From contig WGDB01000033.1 in NCBI GenBank assembly GCA_015493495.1, positions 7,479-71,478 on the forward strand: a DNA stretch of 64,000 bases, read 5' to 3'. The DNA is from Helicobacteraceae bacterium (lineage in GTDB: Bacteria > Campylobacterota > Campylobacteria > Campylobacterales > Sulfurimonadaceae). A program made the translations under genes and the position numbers. The notes beneath the pieces are model-generated. The model made no database searches. It worked only from the letters and a program-made list of their open reading frames with translations, and was not told where the DNA came from. Below, in pieces: positions 1 to 9,496 of the stretch (the stretch's first letter is position 1; each line of letters starts with the position of its first letter).

Positions 1-890
1 TCAAAAGTCACATTGGCATCAGCTGCATCAGGAGTTGATACATTGAGCTCTTCGTTATAAAGTTTTAAGATATAAGGATCAAGTGTATCAACATCAAAGT
101 GATATTGATTACCCCAGTCAAAACCAAAATAGCTTAAAAGATTGTGAAAAAAGTCTGTAAATAAGTCAGATAGACGTTGAAGATAGCCCTCAAGATCAAA
201 ATCATAAATATCTGAATTATTAACGGTTTCTACCGCTTTATCCATACTGATGATGGAACTATTTAACGCAACACTGCGTAAAGGGGCTCCTTTTTGAAAT
301 GACCGGATATATTCATCAACACTATTACTCTCTTGCGTTTGCTGATCTTCTATAGTACGAAGGGTTAAAAAGTAGTCTTTTGTTTGTGTCTCTTCTAAAA
401 GTGTCAAAGGATCTTTATCAATATACATTTCATCAAGATTAAAACGAGATGCGACATACTTTTTTGCGTCACTGTAAGATAGGTCATTTTGAATGGCCTC
501 TTCTATCAAGGTAGTAAAAGTGTTGATATTGTGTGAAGCATTTTTATCTAAAGAACCAAGTAACACCATATTATTGCTGTTCTCTTGTAGTGTGATGAGG
601 TTAAATCCATACTCTGCAAGCAAGAGAGCGTCTTGTGCACCTTCTTCTACATAAGTTAATTCATAACTACCGTCTTCTGCACTGGTTGTAGAGACTTCAC
701 TCTCTTGACATGTGTGATCTCTGTTGAGATCTATACAGACCGTTGCCTTAGAGAGACTAGATGAGCCTCTAACACTCACGCGCTTTACATCATCACTGTT
801 TGAATTGATCTGCTCTGGTGATGAATCACACCCTGCAAACATAAGTGCCGCTAAAAGCACAGAGCCTAAAAATATTTTTTTGTCTAACAT
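1..890 (-). CDS. Lipoprotein of unknown function, C-terminal part cut off by the window edge
   Basis: Hand translation of the minus strand from ATG (rc of 888-890) stays open to position 1. GGAGG Shine-Dalgarno (rc of 891-900). N-terminus MLDKKIFLGSVLLAALMFAGCDSS is a signal peptide plus lipobox Cys. Missing from the ORF track only because it runs off the edge. Confidence 0.65.
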   Translation of the reverse strand, partial: MLDKKIFLGSVLLAALMFAGCDSSPEQINSNSDDVKRVSVRGSSSLSKATVCIDLNRDHTCQESEVSTTSAEDGSYELTYVEEGAQDALLLAEYGFNLITLQENSNNMVLLGSLDKNASHNINTFTTLIEEAIQNDLSYSDAKKYVASRFNLDEMYIDKDPLTLLEETQTKDYFLTLRTIEDQQTQESNSVDEYIRSFQKGAPLRSVALNSSIISMDKAVETVNNSDIYDFDLEGYLQRLSDLFTDFFHNLLSYFGFDWGNQYHFDVDTLDPYILKLYNEELNVSTPDAADANVTF

Positions 891-1189
891 AGTAACCTCC
901 GATTTGTGTGAGGTCAGTATAACTACAAATTATGTGGTAAAAAGGGGATGGCTGCTTTTCTACCCTACATCAAAAAATTTCTCTCAAATATCGCCCTGTT
1001 TTACATTTTTTCCTTCTGCTTTTCACTCCAGAGTGGTTTAGTGTAATAGAATTTTCCAGAGAACAAAGGGTTTTAAGAGACACTTTGTGTAGTTCTTTAC
1101 TGTTGGTATTGACAAAAAGTATTATAGGTATTAATGGACGGTAAAAAGGAGTAGGTAGTGTAAGATGTTAAAAAGTCTGGTTTTGAGAA

Positions 1190-1208
1190 GGAAGGGTGGA
1201 CCCCTCCC
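1190..1208 (-). terminator. Possible hairpin terminator just downstream of the htpG stop
   Basis: Minus-strand RNA GGGAGGG-GUCCA-CCCUUCC gives a 7-bp GC-rich stem with one G.U pair. There is no clear U-tract after it. Confidence 0.3.
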
Positions 1209-1213
1209 ACTGT

Positions 1214-3106
1214 TTAAAGTGCCTTACTCATGATGCGGTTCATACGAGAGACGAACTCAGCAGTGTCGTCGATCTCCATGCCGTCAAAGAGTTTGGCCTG
1301 ATCTAGTAAGACGTGGGCAGCATCTTCAACAAGATTGATGTCGCTAGTCTCTTTTAACTTACTCAAGATCTCATGGTTAGGGTTGATCTGTAAGATAGGC
1401 TTGATCGCTGGTGCTTCGCCCATCTGACCCATCTGCTGCATCATCTGCGCCATCATGTAGCTTGGATCCTCTTTATCGATCTTAAGAGCTACTGGAGAGT
1501 CTGTAAGCTCTGTTGTTACCTCTACTTTAGACACGCTCTCACCTAGAGTCTTTTTAAACTCCCCAATAAGACCTTCGTACTCTTTAGAGAGTTCTTCTTC
1601 TTTCTCTTTTGCCTCTTCTGAATCATCAAGAACCGCATCAGCAGCATTGACAAACTTGTACTCTTTGTACTCTGTCACCATTGGCATGACGATAGTATCG
1701 ATCTCTTCGTTCATCACAAGGACATCGATGCCCTTAGCTTTGAAACGCTCAAGTGTTGGAGAGTTCTTAAGCATGTTAAGTGCCATTTTTCCTGTGATGT
1801 AATAGATCTCTTTTTTCTCTTCATCGACTGAACTGACGAAGTCTACAAGTGAAGTGGTCTCATCAGAATTAATCGTGTTGAACTGTAGAAGCTCCAAGAT
1901 ACGCTCTTTGTTACCCATGTCAGAGTAGAGACCCTCTTTAAGTACGTTTCCAAACTCTGCATAGAAGGCATTATACTTCTCTTTGTCTTTTTTCATCATC
2001 TTGGCAAGTTCAGAAAGTACTTTCTTTACAGAAGCGTTACGGATCTTGCTCATCACTGGGTTGGACTGTAAGATCTCACGACTGACGTTTAGTGGCAGGT
2101 CAGCAGAGTCGATGACACCACGTAAGAAACGCAGGTAAGTAGGCATAAGCTCTTTGTCATCGTCAGTGATAAAGACACGGTTAATGTAAAGTTTGATACC
2201 CGGTGCGTAGTCTACGCGGTACATGTCCATCGGTGCTTTTGACGGAACATAGAAAAGGGTAGTGTACTCTACAGCACCCTCCGCTTTGTTGTGCATCCAA
2301 GTTAATGGCTCAGATGAGTCATGTGCGATGCTCGAGTAGAAGTCTATGTAGTCTTCGTCTTTAAGCTCTGACTTGGAGATGGTCCAGAGTGCAGAGGCTT
2401 TGTTGATCTGCTCGTTTTTGATCTCAGTAGAAGAGGGCTTGGTCTCGTTGCCTTCGTCATCAGTCTCTGCCGGGATGAAGTTCTCTTTATCCATAAAGAT
2501 AGGAAAAGGGATGTGGTTTGAGTACTTCTGGATAATGCTCTCGATGCGACGTGCTTCCAAGAACTCTGCATCCTCATCTTTAAGGTGCATAGTAATACTT
2601 GTACCGTGACCCTTTTTTTCAGCATCTTCGATCTCATAAGAACCATCACCAGCAGAGATCCACTTGTATGCTTTCTCTTCACCCGCTTTTTTAGTGGTCA
2701 CCTCTACCTTGTCTGCAACCATAAATGCAGCGTAGAAACCAACACCAAACTGACCGATAAGCTGAGAATCCTTCTTCTGATCACCAGAGAGGTTCTCCAT
2801 AAACGCTTTTGTACCAGACTTGGCGATAGTACCGAGGTTCGCTACAAGATCTTCGTCGTTCATACCAATACCTGTGTCACTAACCGTCAGTGTCTTCGCT
2901 TCTTTATCAACTACGATATCGATACGTGGGTTGAACTCAATGCCTTTATATGCGTCGTCGGTAAGTACCAACATGTTGAGTTTGTCCATAGCGTCTGAAC
3001 CGTTAGAAACGAGTTCACGTAAAAAGATCTCTTTGTTTGAGTAGAGAGAGTGGATCATAAGTTGTAGTAGTTGGTTGACTTCAGTTTGAAATTCATGTTT
3101 TGCCAT
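1214..3106 (-). CDS. htpG: Molecular chaperone HtpG (Hsp90)
   Basis: 630 aa. N-terminal GHKL ATPase motifs ELVSNGSDAMDKL, DTGIGM and GQFGVGFYAAFMV. Full-length Hsp90 architecture. Confidence 0.97.
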   Translation of the reverse strand: MAKHEFQTEVNQLLQLMIHSLYSNKEIFLRELVSNGSDAMDKLNMLVLTDDAYKGIEFNPRIDIVVDKEAKTLTVSDTGIGMNDEDLVANLGTIAKSGTKAFMENLSGDQKKDSQLIGQFGVGFYAAFMVADKVEVTTKKAGEEKAYKWISAGDGSYEIEDAEKKGHGTSITMHLKDEDAEFLEARRIESIIQKYSNHIPFPIFMDKENFIPAETDDEGNETKPSSTEIKNEQINKASALWTISKSELKDEDYIDFYSSIAHDSSEPLTWMHNKAEGAVEYTTLFYVPSKAPMDMYRVDYAPGIKLYINRVFITDDDKELMPTYLRFLRGVIDSADLPLNVSREILQSNPVMSKIRNASVKKVLSELAKMMKKDKEKYNAFYAEFGNVLKEGLYSDMGNKERILELLQFNTINSDETTSLVDFVSSVDEEKKEIYYITGKMALNMLKNSPTLERFKAKGIDVLVMNEEIDTIVMPMVTEYKEYKFVNAADAVLDDSEEAKEKEEELSKEYEGLIGEFKKTLGESVSKVEVTTELTDSPVALKIDKEDPSYMMAQMMQQMGQMGEAPAIKPILQINPNHEILSKLKETSDINLVEDAAHVLLDQAKLFDGMEIDDTAEFVSRMNRIMSKAL

Positions 3107-3137
3107 AATGTTTATCCTTTTGTTTAAATATTTTGGG

Positions 3138-3166
3138 ATTTTAGCAAATTAAAAACAATAATGCAA
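3138..3166 (-). promoter_or_regulatory. Candidate sigma70-type promoter of htpG
   Basis: On the minus strand: TTGCAT (rc of 3161-3166), 17-nt spacer, then extended -10 TGCTAAAAT (rc of 3138-3146). It sits about 30 nt upstream of the AAGGA RBS and ATG at 3106. Confidence 0.45.
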
Positions 3167-3174
3167 GAGGCATC

Positions 3175-3207
3175 AACTATCTTTAGTGTATATGACTAAA
3201 GATAGTT
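3175..3207. promoter_or_regulatory. Perfect 13-bp inverted repeat with 7-nt spacer, HAIR-like (HspR operator-like)
   Basis: AACTATCTTTAGT-gtatatg-ACTAAAGATAGTT. The core CTTTAGT-N7-ACTAAAG differs from the HAIR consensus CTTGAGT-N7-ACTCAAG by one symmetric change per half-site. It lies just upstream of the htpG -35. Confidence 0.45.
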
Positions 3208-3239
3208 CTGGAATATAGATAATATGTTATACTTAAAGT

Positions 3240-3560
3240 ATGAAAATAGTCATAATATTATTTATAATCTTTAATCATGTACAAGCTGATGGTCTAATCA
3301 ATTCATTGATTGATACTAATGCGAGTCAAGCACTGCATAGTGTTAAAAATGGATATCGTGCACCAAGTGAGGATGAAAAACGTCTGAATGCGGTAGCCGG
3401 AACAAAAAAACGGGCGATCGGTGATATTGCTATTAAGATCATTGAGACCAATGTCAGTAAGTCTCTGTCTATAGGCGTTGAGTACGCACCACCCATTAAA
3501 CATGGAAAACTCATTGATAACAAACAAAATACTGAGATCACATTAGATTACAAATTTTAG
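3240..3560 (+). CDS. Small secreted protein, unknown function
   Basis: 106 aa with an N-terminal hydrophobic signal-like segment MKIVIILFIIFNHVQA. No recognisable domain. Confidence 0.45.
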   Translation: MKIVIILFIIFNHVQADGLINSLIDTNASQALHSVKNGYRAPSEDEKRLNAVAGTKKRAIGDIAIKIIETNVSKSLSIGVEYAPPIKHGKLIDNKQNTEITLDYKF

Positions 3561-3578
3561 TGCGCTGTCTTGTTAAAA

Positions 3579-4304
3579 TCAATATTTGATGTTACTCAGA
3601 TAGAGTCCTTGATGCGGTGCTGGTTTGAGCTTAAAGTGTTTTGTACAATTCAGTTGTGCAAGAAGATCTTTTTTATTATATTTACCCTCACTGATAGCCA
3701 ACAAAAATCCTACCATCAAACGAATTTGCGAACGTAAAAAACCATTGGCTTCAAAGTAGAATACTGTGTAGCCTTTATACTGATAGACTCTAGTCTTGTA
3801 GATCTCTCGTATAAAACTTTCTGTATCACTGCCACTCTTTTTAAAAAACTCAAAGTTATGTTCACCTTCAAAGAATTTTATAGCCTCTTTGATCTTCTCG
3901 ATGTCTAATGTATCGACGTAGGTGACAAGGTCTGCTAAAAAAGGGTTAGGCTTTTGGGTAGAGATGATGTAGCGATAGGTACGTTTTTTGGCGGAGTATC
4001 GGGCGTGGAAGTTCTCATCCACTGCTTCAATACGGCGGATGGTAATGTTTTTTGGGAGTGCTCTGCTGAGTTGGTTTTGAAGTTTGTCGAGATCTCTCCA
4101 AAAAGAGGGGAGGTCTACATGGAGGACTTGACGAGAGGCGTGGACACCTCTGTCTGTTCGTCCTGATGCTTGGACTTTAGAAGGTATTTGTAAAAGAGTC
4201 AGGGCCTTTTCTACTTGCCCGTTGATGGTCTGGTCAGTCTCTTTTTGAACCTGAGAACCGAAGTAGTTAGCCCCGTTGTAAGCGATAGTTATTTTGACAC
4301 GCAT
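3579..4304 (-). CDS. truA: tRNA pseudouridine(38-40) synthase TruA
   Basis: 241 aa. N-terminal IAYNGANYFGSQ and catalytic GRTDRGVHA motif. Confidence 0.93.
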   Translation of the reverse strand: MRVKITIAYNGANYFGSQVQKETDQTINGQVEKALTLLQIPSKVQASGRTDRGVHASRQVLHVDLPSFWRDLDKLQNQLSRALPKNITIRRIEAVDENFHARYSAKKRTYRYIISTQKPNPFLADLVTYVDTLDIEKIKEAIKFFEGEHNFEFFKKSGSDTESFIREIYKTRVYQYKGYTVFYFEANGFLRSQIRLMVGFLLAISEGKYNKKDLLAQLNCTKHFKLKPAPHQGLYLSNIKY

Positions 4305-5329
4305 TAGAACCTGCTGACAATTTTACGACGGTAGTAGGGGTAGCTAAGTCCTAACCAGCTGAAGATGACAACAGGAATGGTGTAGTAACCAAGACTGCCC
4401 ACCAGACCAATACTTGTACCATAGTAAAAGACGATGGAAGCGAACAAAAAGAGGTAAATATAGGCTTTTTGGTGGCGTACATGGGCAACACCAATAGCAA
4501 GGACCATAAAGAGGCTCAGTAATGGAAAGAGCGAAAGCAGCAGGTCTGAGATGAATTTTTTGGTATGGATCTTTTGTAGACTGGGTTCGTTGTTAAACCA
4601 GTAGTCATAGGCATTAAGATATTTGCGTTGGTCGGTGGTCATGATGTTGTTGATAAAAAGGGTCTCAAAACGCATCTGCGTCAAGGTGTCTACCGTGTAA
4701 CTGTAGCCTTTTCCGGTCTCCAGTTCCAGACGCAGTACACCCCCTGTGTTGTCAACAGTTGCTTTTTCGGCTCCGATAACGATCTCCTCTTTTTTATCTT
4801 TGTGAAAGAGGACGACATCACCAAAAGTGTTGTCTTTGTTGTCTTTACCGATATAAAGAAGCCATGAACCAAAGTTGTGACCAAATTCAGAGGCGCTCAG
4901 GTTGAACTTGGCCTCACTCTTTTTATGTTTCATAAAGTTTATGGAGAGGGTCTTGGCATGTGGAAAGAGAAAAAAGAAGTTAAACATCAGAAGCAGGGTC
5001 AGGGTGAGAGCAGGGACTAAAAGTACTTTGATGAGATAACTAGGCTTGATCCCAAGTGAAAATACAATGACCATTTCGTTGTCAGTAGAGAGACGAAACA
5101 GTGCCAAAGCTGCTGCGATAAAAAAAGTGATGGGCAGGGTGTAGAAAAAGAGCTCAGGCAGTACAAAAGAGTAAAGCTTGAACATCTCAAAAAATGTGAG
5201 CTGTATGTAGGCTGTATAGGCTGCCAGTTTGATCATGAATATGATCGAAGCGATGGCAAAAAGAGGTAGGAACATCGAAAAGAACGAGACCGTAAAGTTC
5301 GACATAATGTACCGTCGTAGTTTATGCAT
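4304..5329 (-). CDS. LptF/LptG (YjgP/YjgQ) family LPS export permease
   Basis: 341 aa. N-terminal LRRYI motif typical of the family. 3 TM, then a periplasmic beta-rich insert, then 3 TM. Its stop overlaps the truA start. Confidence 0.8.
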   Translation of the reverse strand: MHKLRRYIMSNFTVSFFSMFLPLFAIASIIFMIKLAAYTAYIQLTFFEMFKLYSFVLPELFFYTLPITFFIAAALALFRLSTDNEMVIVFSLGIKPSYLIKVLLVPALTLTLLLMFNFFFLFPHAKTLSINFMKHKKSEAKFNLSASEFGHNFGSWLLYIGKDNKDNTFGDVVLFHKDKKEEIVIGAEKATVDNTGGVLRLELETGKGYSYTVDTLTQMRFETLFINNIMTTDQRKYLNAYDYWFNNEPSLQKIHTKKFISDLLLSLFPLLSLFMVLAIGVAHVRHQKAYIYLFLFASIVFYYGTSIGLVGSLGYYTIPVVIFSWLGLSYPYYRRKIVSRF

Positions 5330-6146
5330 AAAGTACTTTCAAGTAAGCTAGTATAGGGGTCTCAAACATAAATGCGATGTAAGTTGCCATAGCTAAAAAA
5401 GGGATAAATGGCAGGCGTTGACTCTCTTCATCTTTACCTCGGACAAGCAACATAGCCGGTAGTGCCAAAAGGGCTGATAAAAAGACAGCGACCAGTGCCA
5501 GTTTGACTCCTAAAAGGGCACCCATGGTGGCAGCGACCATGATGTCACCCTCTCCCATCGCCTCGAAGTAGAGGGGCATAGGGTTGTAGTTACGGACCCA
5601 TGATGGTTTTTTGTCAGGCTTGACAAATGCCTTTGTCCTTGCGTAGAGATAGTAAGAGAGATAAAAACGAAGCAAAGTAAAACCTCCGGCCAAAAGCAGC
5701 GCATTAGTACCGTTGATCATCAACATCTGTACATCACTAAAACTAAAGATAGCCAGAGTCAGTGCTAAAAGGTTAAGACTGTCAGGTACCATCTTGTAAT
5801 AAAAGTCGATCATTGAGAGGGTAAGCAGCGTGAGAAAAACAGCAGCAACCCCTACAGCAGCCAGGTTTGGCTCAAGTTTTATAAAGACACTCATCACTAA
5901 GAGTCCACTTAAAAGTTCGATGACAGGGTACTGTACAGAGATCTTATCTCCACAAAAAGCACACTTGCCACGAAGAAAAAGCCAAGAGAAGATAGGGATG
6001 TTGTGATAGGCTTTAAGCGGTGTATGACAACTCTGGCAGTGAGAGGCAGGAAAAGCGACACTCTCGCCACGGGGCAGACGGTAGATGACCACGTTTAAAA
6101 ATGAGCCTATGACAGCTCCAAATACAAAAGCAATAAGTGCTATCAT
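5322..6146 (-). CDS. Prepilin peptidase (A24 family, PilD-like)
   Basis: 274 aa. N-terminal Cys pairs CQSC...CAFC, polytopic membrane protein, conserved Asp-containing GEGD motif. Confidence 0.85.
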   Translation of the reverse strand: MIALIAFVFGAVIGSFLNVVIYRLPRGESVAFPASHCQSCHTPLKAYHNIPIFSWLFLRGKCAFCGDKISVQYPVIELLSGLLVMSVFIKLEPNLAAVGVAAVFLTLLTLSMIDFYYKMVPDSLNLLALTLAIFSFSDVQMLMINGTNALLLAGGFTLLRFYLSYYLYARTKAFVKPDKKPSWVRNYNPMPLYFEAMGEGDIMVAATMGALLGVKLALVAVFLSALLALPAMLLVRGKDEESQRLPFIPFLAMATYIAFMFETPILAYLKVLYA

Positions 6147-6829
6147 GATTTTAATCCTCCAAATCGGCGTTCTATAGTAGTAAACTGTTTGATGATACGC
6201 TCCAACTCCCCTGTGCTAAAGTCAGGCCAGAGTGTCTCTATGAAAAATAGTTCGGCATATGCTGCTTGCCACAACATATAGTTAGAGAGTCGGTGATCAC
6301 CTCCCGTACGTACAAGCAGGTCTACAGGAAGTGTACAGTCAAGTGCTTGGTTGAGGCTCTCTTCAGTCACCTCTTTTTTCTCATTTATGAGGCTGTTAAC
6401 GGCACGTACGATCTCATTTTTGGCCCCATAGTTCAAGGCAAGGTTCTGGACAAGACCATCATTGTGTTTGGTCTTCTCTTCCACAAGCTCTATCGTTGTC
6501 AAAAGTGGTCGAGAGAAGCTCGAAAGATCACCAATAGGCTTGAAACGGATGTTGTTCTTCATATATGTCTCGAGCTCGTTTTTAAGATAACGCTCCAGAA
6601 GCTTCATCAAAAACTCGACTTCAAGTTTGGGACGTTTCCAGTTTTCGGTACTGAAGGCATAGAGGGTTAGCTGTTCTATGTCGGGATGCTCAGAACAAAA
6701 AGTGGTGATCTTACGAACAACCTCTGCACCTGCCTCGTGACCTTTTAACCTTTTTTGACCTTTTTGCTCTGCCCATCGGCCATTACCGTCCATGATCACG
6801 GCAATATGTGAGGCTCTGTTTTGGCTCAT
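6143..6829 (-). CDS. uppS: Undecaprenyl diphosphate synthase
   Basis: 228 aa. HIAVIMDGNGRWA and RTGGDHRLSNYMLWQ motifs of cis-prenyltransferases. Confidence 0.93.
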   Translation of the reverse strand: MSQNRASHIAVIMDGNGRWAEQKGQKRLKGHEAGAEVVRKITTFCSEHPDIEQLTLYAFSTENWKRPKLEVEFLMKLLERYLKNELETYMKNNIRFKPIGDLSSFSRPLLTTIELVEEKTKHNDGLVQNLALNYGAKNEIVRAVNSLINEKKEVTEESLNQALDCTLPVDLLVRTGGDHRLSNYMLWQAAYAELFFIETLWPDFSTGELERIIKQFTTIERRFGGLKS

Positions 6830-8094
6830 AAAAGTGCTGCTTTTTCGCTAAGGAGCAGAGAGAGGGAGAGTTTGTCCATCTTAGGAAGGCTCTCTATTCC
6901 TTGGGCTGTGATAAAGTCTATTTGGTTGTCACTTGTTCCAAAACTGTCGCTGTTTTGCAGGAGGTTCAAGCAGACAGCATCAACATCTTTAGCATCTATA
7001 AGTGTCGAGGCATTACTAATGGCATGGTCTGCATCCATCTCAGCTTTAAAAGCTACGGTTTTGATGCTGCTGCGTTCCAAAGCAGAAAGCAGATCGATGT
7101 TCTGTTTGAGTTCAAGGTTCCAAGTCTCACCAAGATCGACTTTTTTGATCTTGCCTGTTTGTGGATAACGGGGTATAAAGTCACTGATAGCTGCGGCCAT
7201 AAAGAGATAAGGCTCTTTTTGGATCAACTCCATCGTTTCACCATGCATTAAAGAAGGTTTACTCATCTTCCCCTTTTTAGCAATACGGATAGAGTCTTTT
7301 AAGTAGTCATACATCTCATCAGATGAGGCGATGTCTATAGTGTGAATAAAGTCAGGGATATCCGCTTCTCTTCGTGTTGAGATGAGGTTGACATCAGCAC
7401 CTTTCAAAAAGAGCGCCGTGGCTAAGGATGAGGCCATCTTACCGCTGGAGTAGTTAGAAATATAGCGTACATCATCGATCTTCTCGACAGTGCCACCACC
7501 CGTGACGATGACCATTCGCTCACTCCAAAAAGGCTCTTTTAGCAAGGTACGTGCGCTGTACCAGAAGATCTCAAGTGGTTCTGCCATAGCGCCGTCGCCA
7601 GTGGTCTGACAGGCCAGCTCTTTGACTTGGGTGTCAATGACCTCATAATTGGAGACCTTTAACATTTTAAGTGAACCCTGTGTAATAGGGTTCTCTAACA
7701 TATTAGTGTTAGCTGAAGGGGCGATGAGTTTGAGACCAGGGTAGGCAAGGGCACACTGTAACAGCATGTTGTCTGCAATGGCATTGGAGAGTTTGGCAAT
7801 AGTGTTCGCCGTACAGGGTGCTATAACAAAAAGATCTGCCCACTGGGTTGCTTTGATGTGGTTATGATCATCTGCCCATGACTCACTCTGCTCATCCAAG
7901 ACCTTGTTACGAGAGAGCGTTTCAAAAGTGAGAGGGGTGACAAACTTCTTGGAAGCCTCACTCATCACCACCTTGACCTCTGCACCTGCTTTAACAAAGA
8001 GACGTACCAACTCTAAAGATTTATAGACAGCGATAGATCCGCTGACACCAAGTAGGATTTTTTTACCTGCTAAGAGGTTCTCAGGAATCTGCAT
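6826..8094 (-). CDS. coaBC: Bifunctional phosphopantothenoylcysteine decarboxylase / phosphopantothenate-cysteine ligase
   Basis: 422 aa. N-terminal flavoprotein domain (GVSGSIAVYK) and C-terminal DFP domain (SSGKMA, AAAISDF). Confidence 0.93.
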   Translation of the reverse strand: MQIPENLLAGKKILLGVSGSIAVYKSLELVRLFVKAGAEVKVVMSEASKKFVTPLTFETLSRNKVLDEQSESWADDHNHIKATQWADLFVIAPCTANTIAKLSNAIADNMLLQCALAYPGLKLIAPSANTNMLENPITQGSLKMLKVSNYEVIDTQVKELACQTTGDGAMAEPLEIFWYSARTLLKEPFWSERMVIVTGGGTVEKIDDVRYISNYSSGKMASSLATALFLKGADVNLISTRREADIPDFIHTIDIASSDEMYDYLKDSIRIAKKGKMSKPSLMHGETMELIQKEPYLFMAAAISDFIPRYPQTGKIKKVDLGETWNLELKQNIDLLSALERSSIKTVAFKAEMDADHAISNASTLIDAKDVDAVCLNLLQNSDSFGTSDNQIDFITAQGIESLPKMDKLSLSLLLSEKAALL

Positions 8095-9399
8095 CTACTT
8101 CTCCTTGCCAAAGAACTTGTAAAAGAAGTTCTCTATGGTTTTGATCTTGGCACGGCTTAAGACAAGTACACCACTTTTGACTGTGTTGGCCGTGAGGGTC
8201 GTTCCTGCGGCGACCATAACATCATCTTCGATGGTACAAGGCGCTACGATCTGTGAGTCAGAACCGACAAAAACATTTTTACCAATGATGGTCTTGTACT
8301 TCTTTTTACCATCATAGTTACAGGTGATGACACCGGCACCAATGTTTGAGCCACTGCCGATCTCAGCATCACCAATGTAGCTGAGATGACCTGCTTTAAC
8401 ACCGTCTAATGTTGACTTTTTGACCTCTACAAAATTTCCTATGTGGGTGTCTTTTAGGTTAGACAGTGGACGCAGGTGCCCCATAGGTCCAACATCTGAA
8501 TTATCCATCTTGGAGTCTTCCACTACAGAGTGGGCTTTGATGTGTGAGTTAATGATGTGCGAACTGCCACAAACACGTGCACCGTTCTCAACAACACACT
8601 CACCTTCAAATACCACACCCTCTTCGATGTAGATCGTCTCAGGTAGTTGCATAATGATGCCTTTTGCCATCCATTGGTTACGGATACGGCGCTGCATGAT
8701 CACCTCTGCTTCAGCAAGGTCTATTTTGGAGTTGACGCCCTTGAAGTGCTCTTCATCAACCTCTAAAGGTTCGATGTTGATCCCGTCATTTTTGGCCATA
8801 GCGATGATGTCTGTAAGGTAGTACTCACTCTGGGCATTGTCATTGCTGAGTTGTGGAATGTATTTTTCAAGAACGGAACGTCTGAAACTGTAGATACCGG
8901 CATTGACATAAGTGATGGCCAGTTCTGTCTCATTGGCATCTTTTTGCTCGACGATGCGCTCCACCCCATGTTTGCCAATGACCACACGGCCATAACCTGA
9001 GGGGTCTTCAAGGTTGAAGATGGACATGACGATCTCACTGTTGCTCTCTACAAAACCTTCCAGTGCATTTGCTGTGATGAGTGGCATGTCACCGTTAAGG
9101 ACAAGAACCTTTTCATATTTGGCCTGGATGCCCATGACCGCACCACCGGTTCCCGGGAACTGCTCTGCATCTTGAACAACAAAAGTGATGTTGTCAAAGT
9201 CGGCATTAATAGCTTCGATAACGGCCTCTTTTTGATGGGCAACCACAACGATAACGTCGTCGGTAAGTTCAAGTGCTGCTTTAACAGAGTGATATAACAT
9301 CGCTTTACCACTGATGGTATGAAGCACTTTGGCCTTAGGCGATTTCATACGACTGCCCTTACCGGCAGCCAAGATAACAATAGAGAGATCAGTTTGCAT
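8095..9399 (-). CDS. glmU: Bifunctional UDP-N-acetylglucosamine pyrophosphorylase / GlcN-1-P acetyltransferase
   Basis: 434 aa. [11 protein letters not shown] nucleotidyltransferase motif plus a C-terminal left-handed beta-helix hexapeptide region. Confidence 0.95.
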   Translation of the reverse strand: MQTDLSIVILAAGKGSRMKSPKAKVLHTISGKAMLYHSVKAALELTDDVIVVVAHQKEAVIEAINADFDNITFVVQDAEQFPGTGGAVMGIQAKYEKVLVLNGDMPLITANALEGFVESNSEIVMSIFNLEDPSGYGRVVIGKHGVERIVEQKDANETELAITYVNAGIYSFRRSVLEKYIPQLSNDNAQSEYYLTDIIAMAKNDGINIEPLEVDEEHFKGVNSKIDLAEAEVIMQRRIRNQWMAKGIIMQLPETIYIEEGVVFEGECVVENGARVCGSSHIINSHIKAHSVVEDSKMDNSDVGPMGHLRPLSNLKDTHIGNFVEVKKSTLDGVKAGHLSYIGDAEIGSGSNIGAGVITCNYDGKKKYKTIIGKNVFVGSDSQIVAPCTIEDDVMVAAGTTLTANTVKSGVLVLSRAKIKTIENFFYKFFGKEK

Positions 9400-9496
9400 G
9401 GATAATACTTTATATTAATATGGTTGTTATTTTAGCGTAAGAAGTTAAAGCAGATATTTTAGGCATAATTTCGTCACTAAAAAACAGGTAGAGAAG

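Noticed and set aside
724-1041. 105-aa plus-strand ORF
   Set aside because: It lies antisense to, and largely within, the well-supported lipoprotein gene. It has no RBS and a low-complexity translation.
1165-1230. Small ORF (MLKSLVLRRKGGPLPLFKVPYS) downstream of a TTGACA-like box and an AAGGAG
   Set aside because: The RBS spacing is poor (13 nt) and it overlaps the htpG terminator and stop region. There is no supporting signal.
2344-3044. Several 70-140-aa ORFs on both strands inside htpG
   Set aside because: These are shadow ORFs within a full-length, motif-rich Hsp90 gene.
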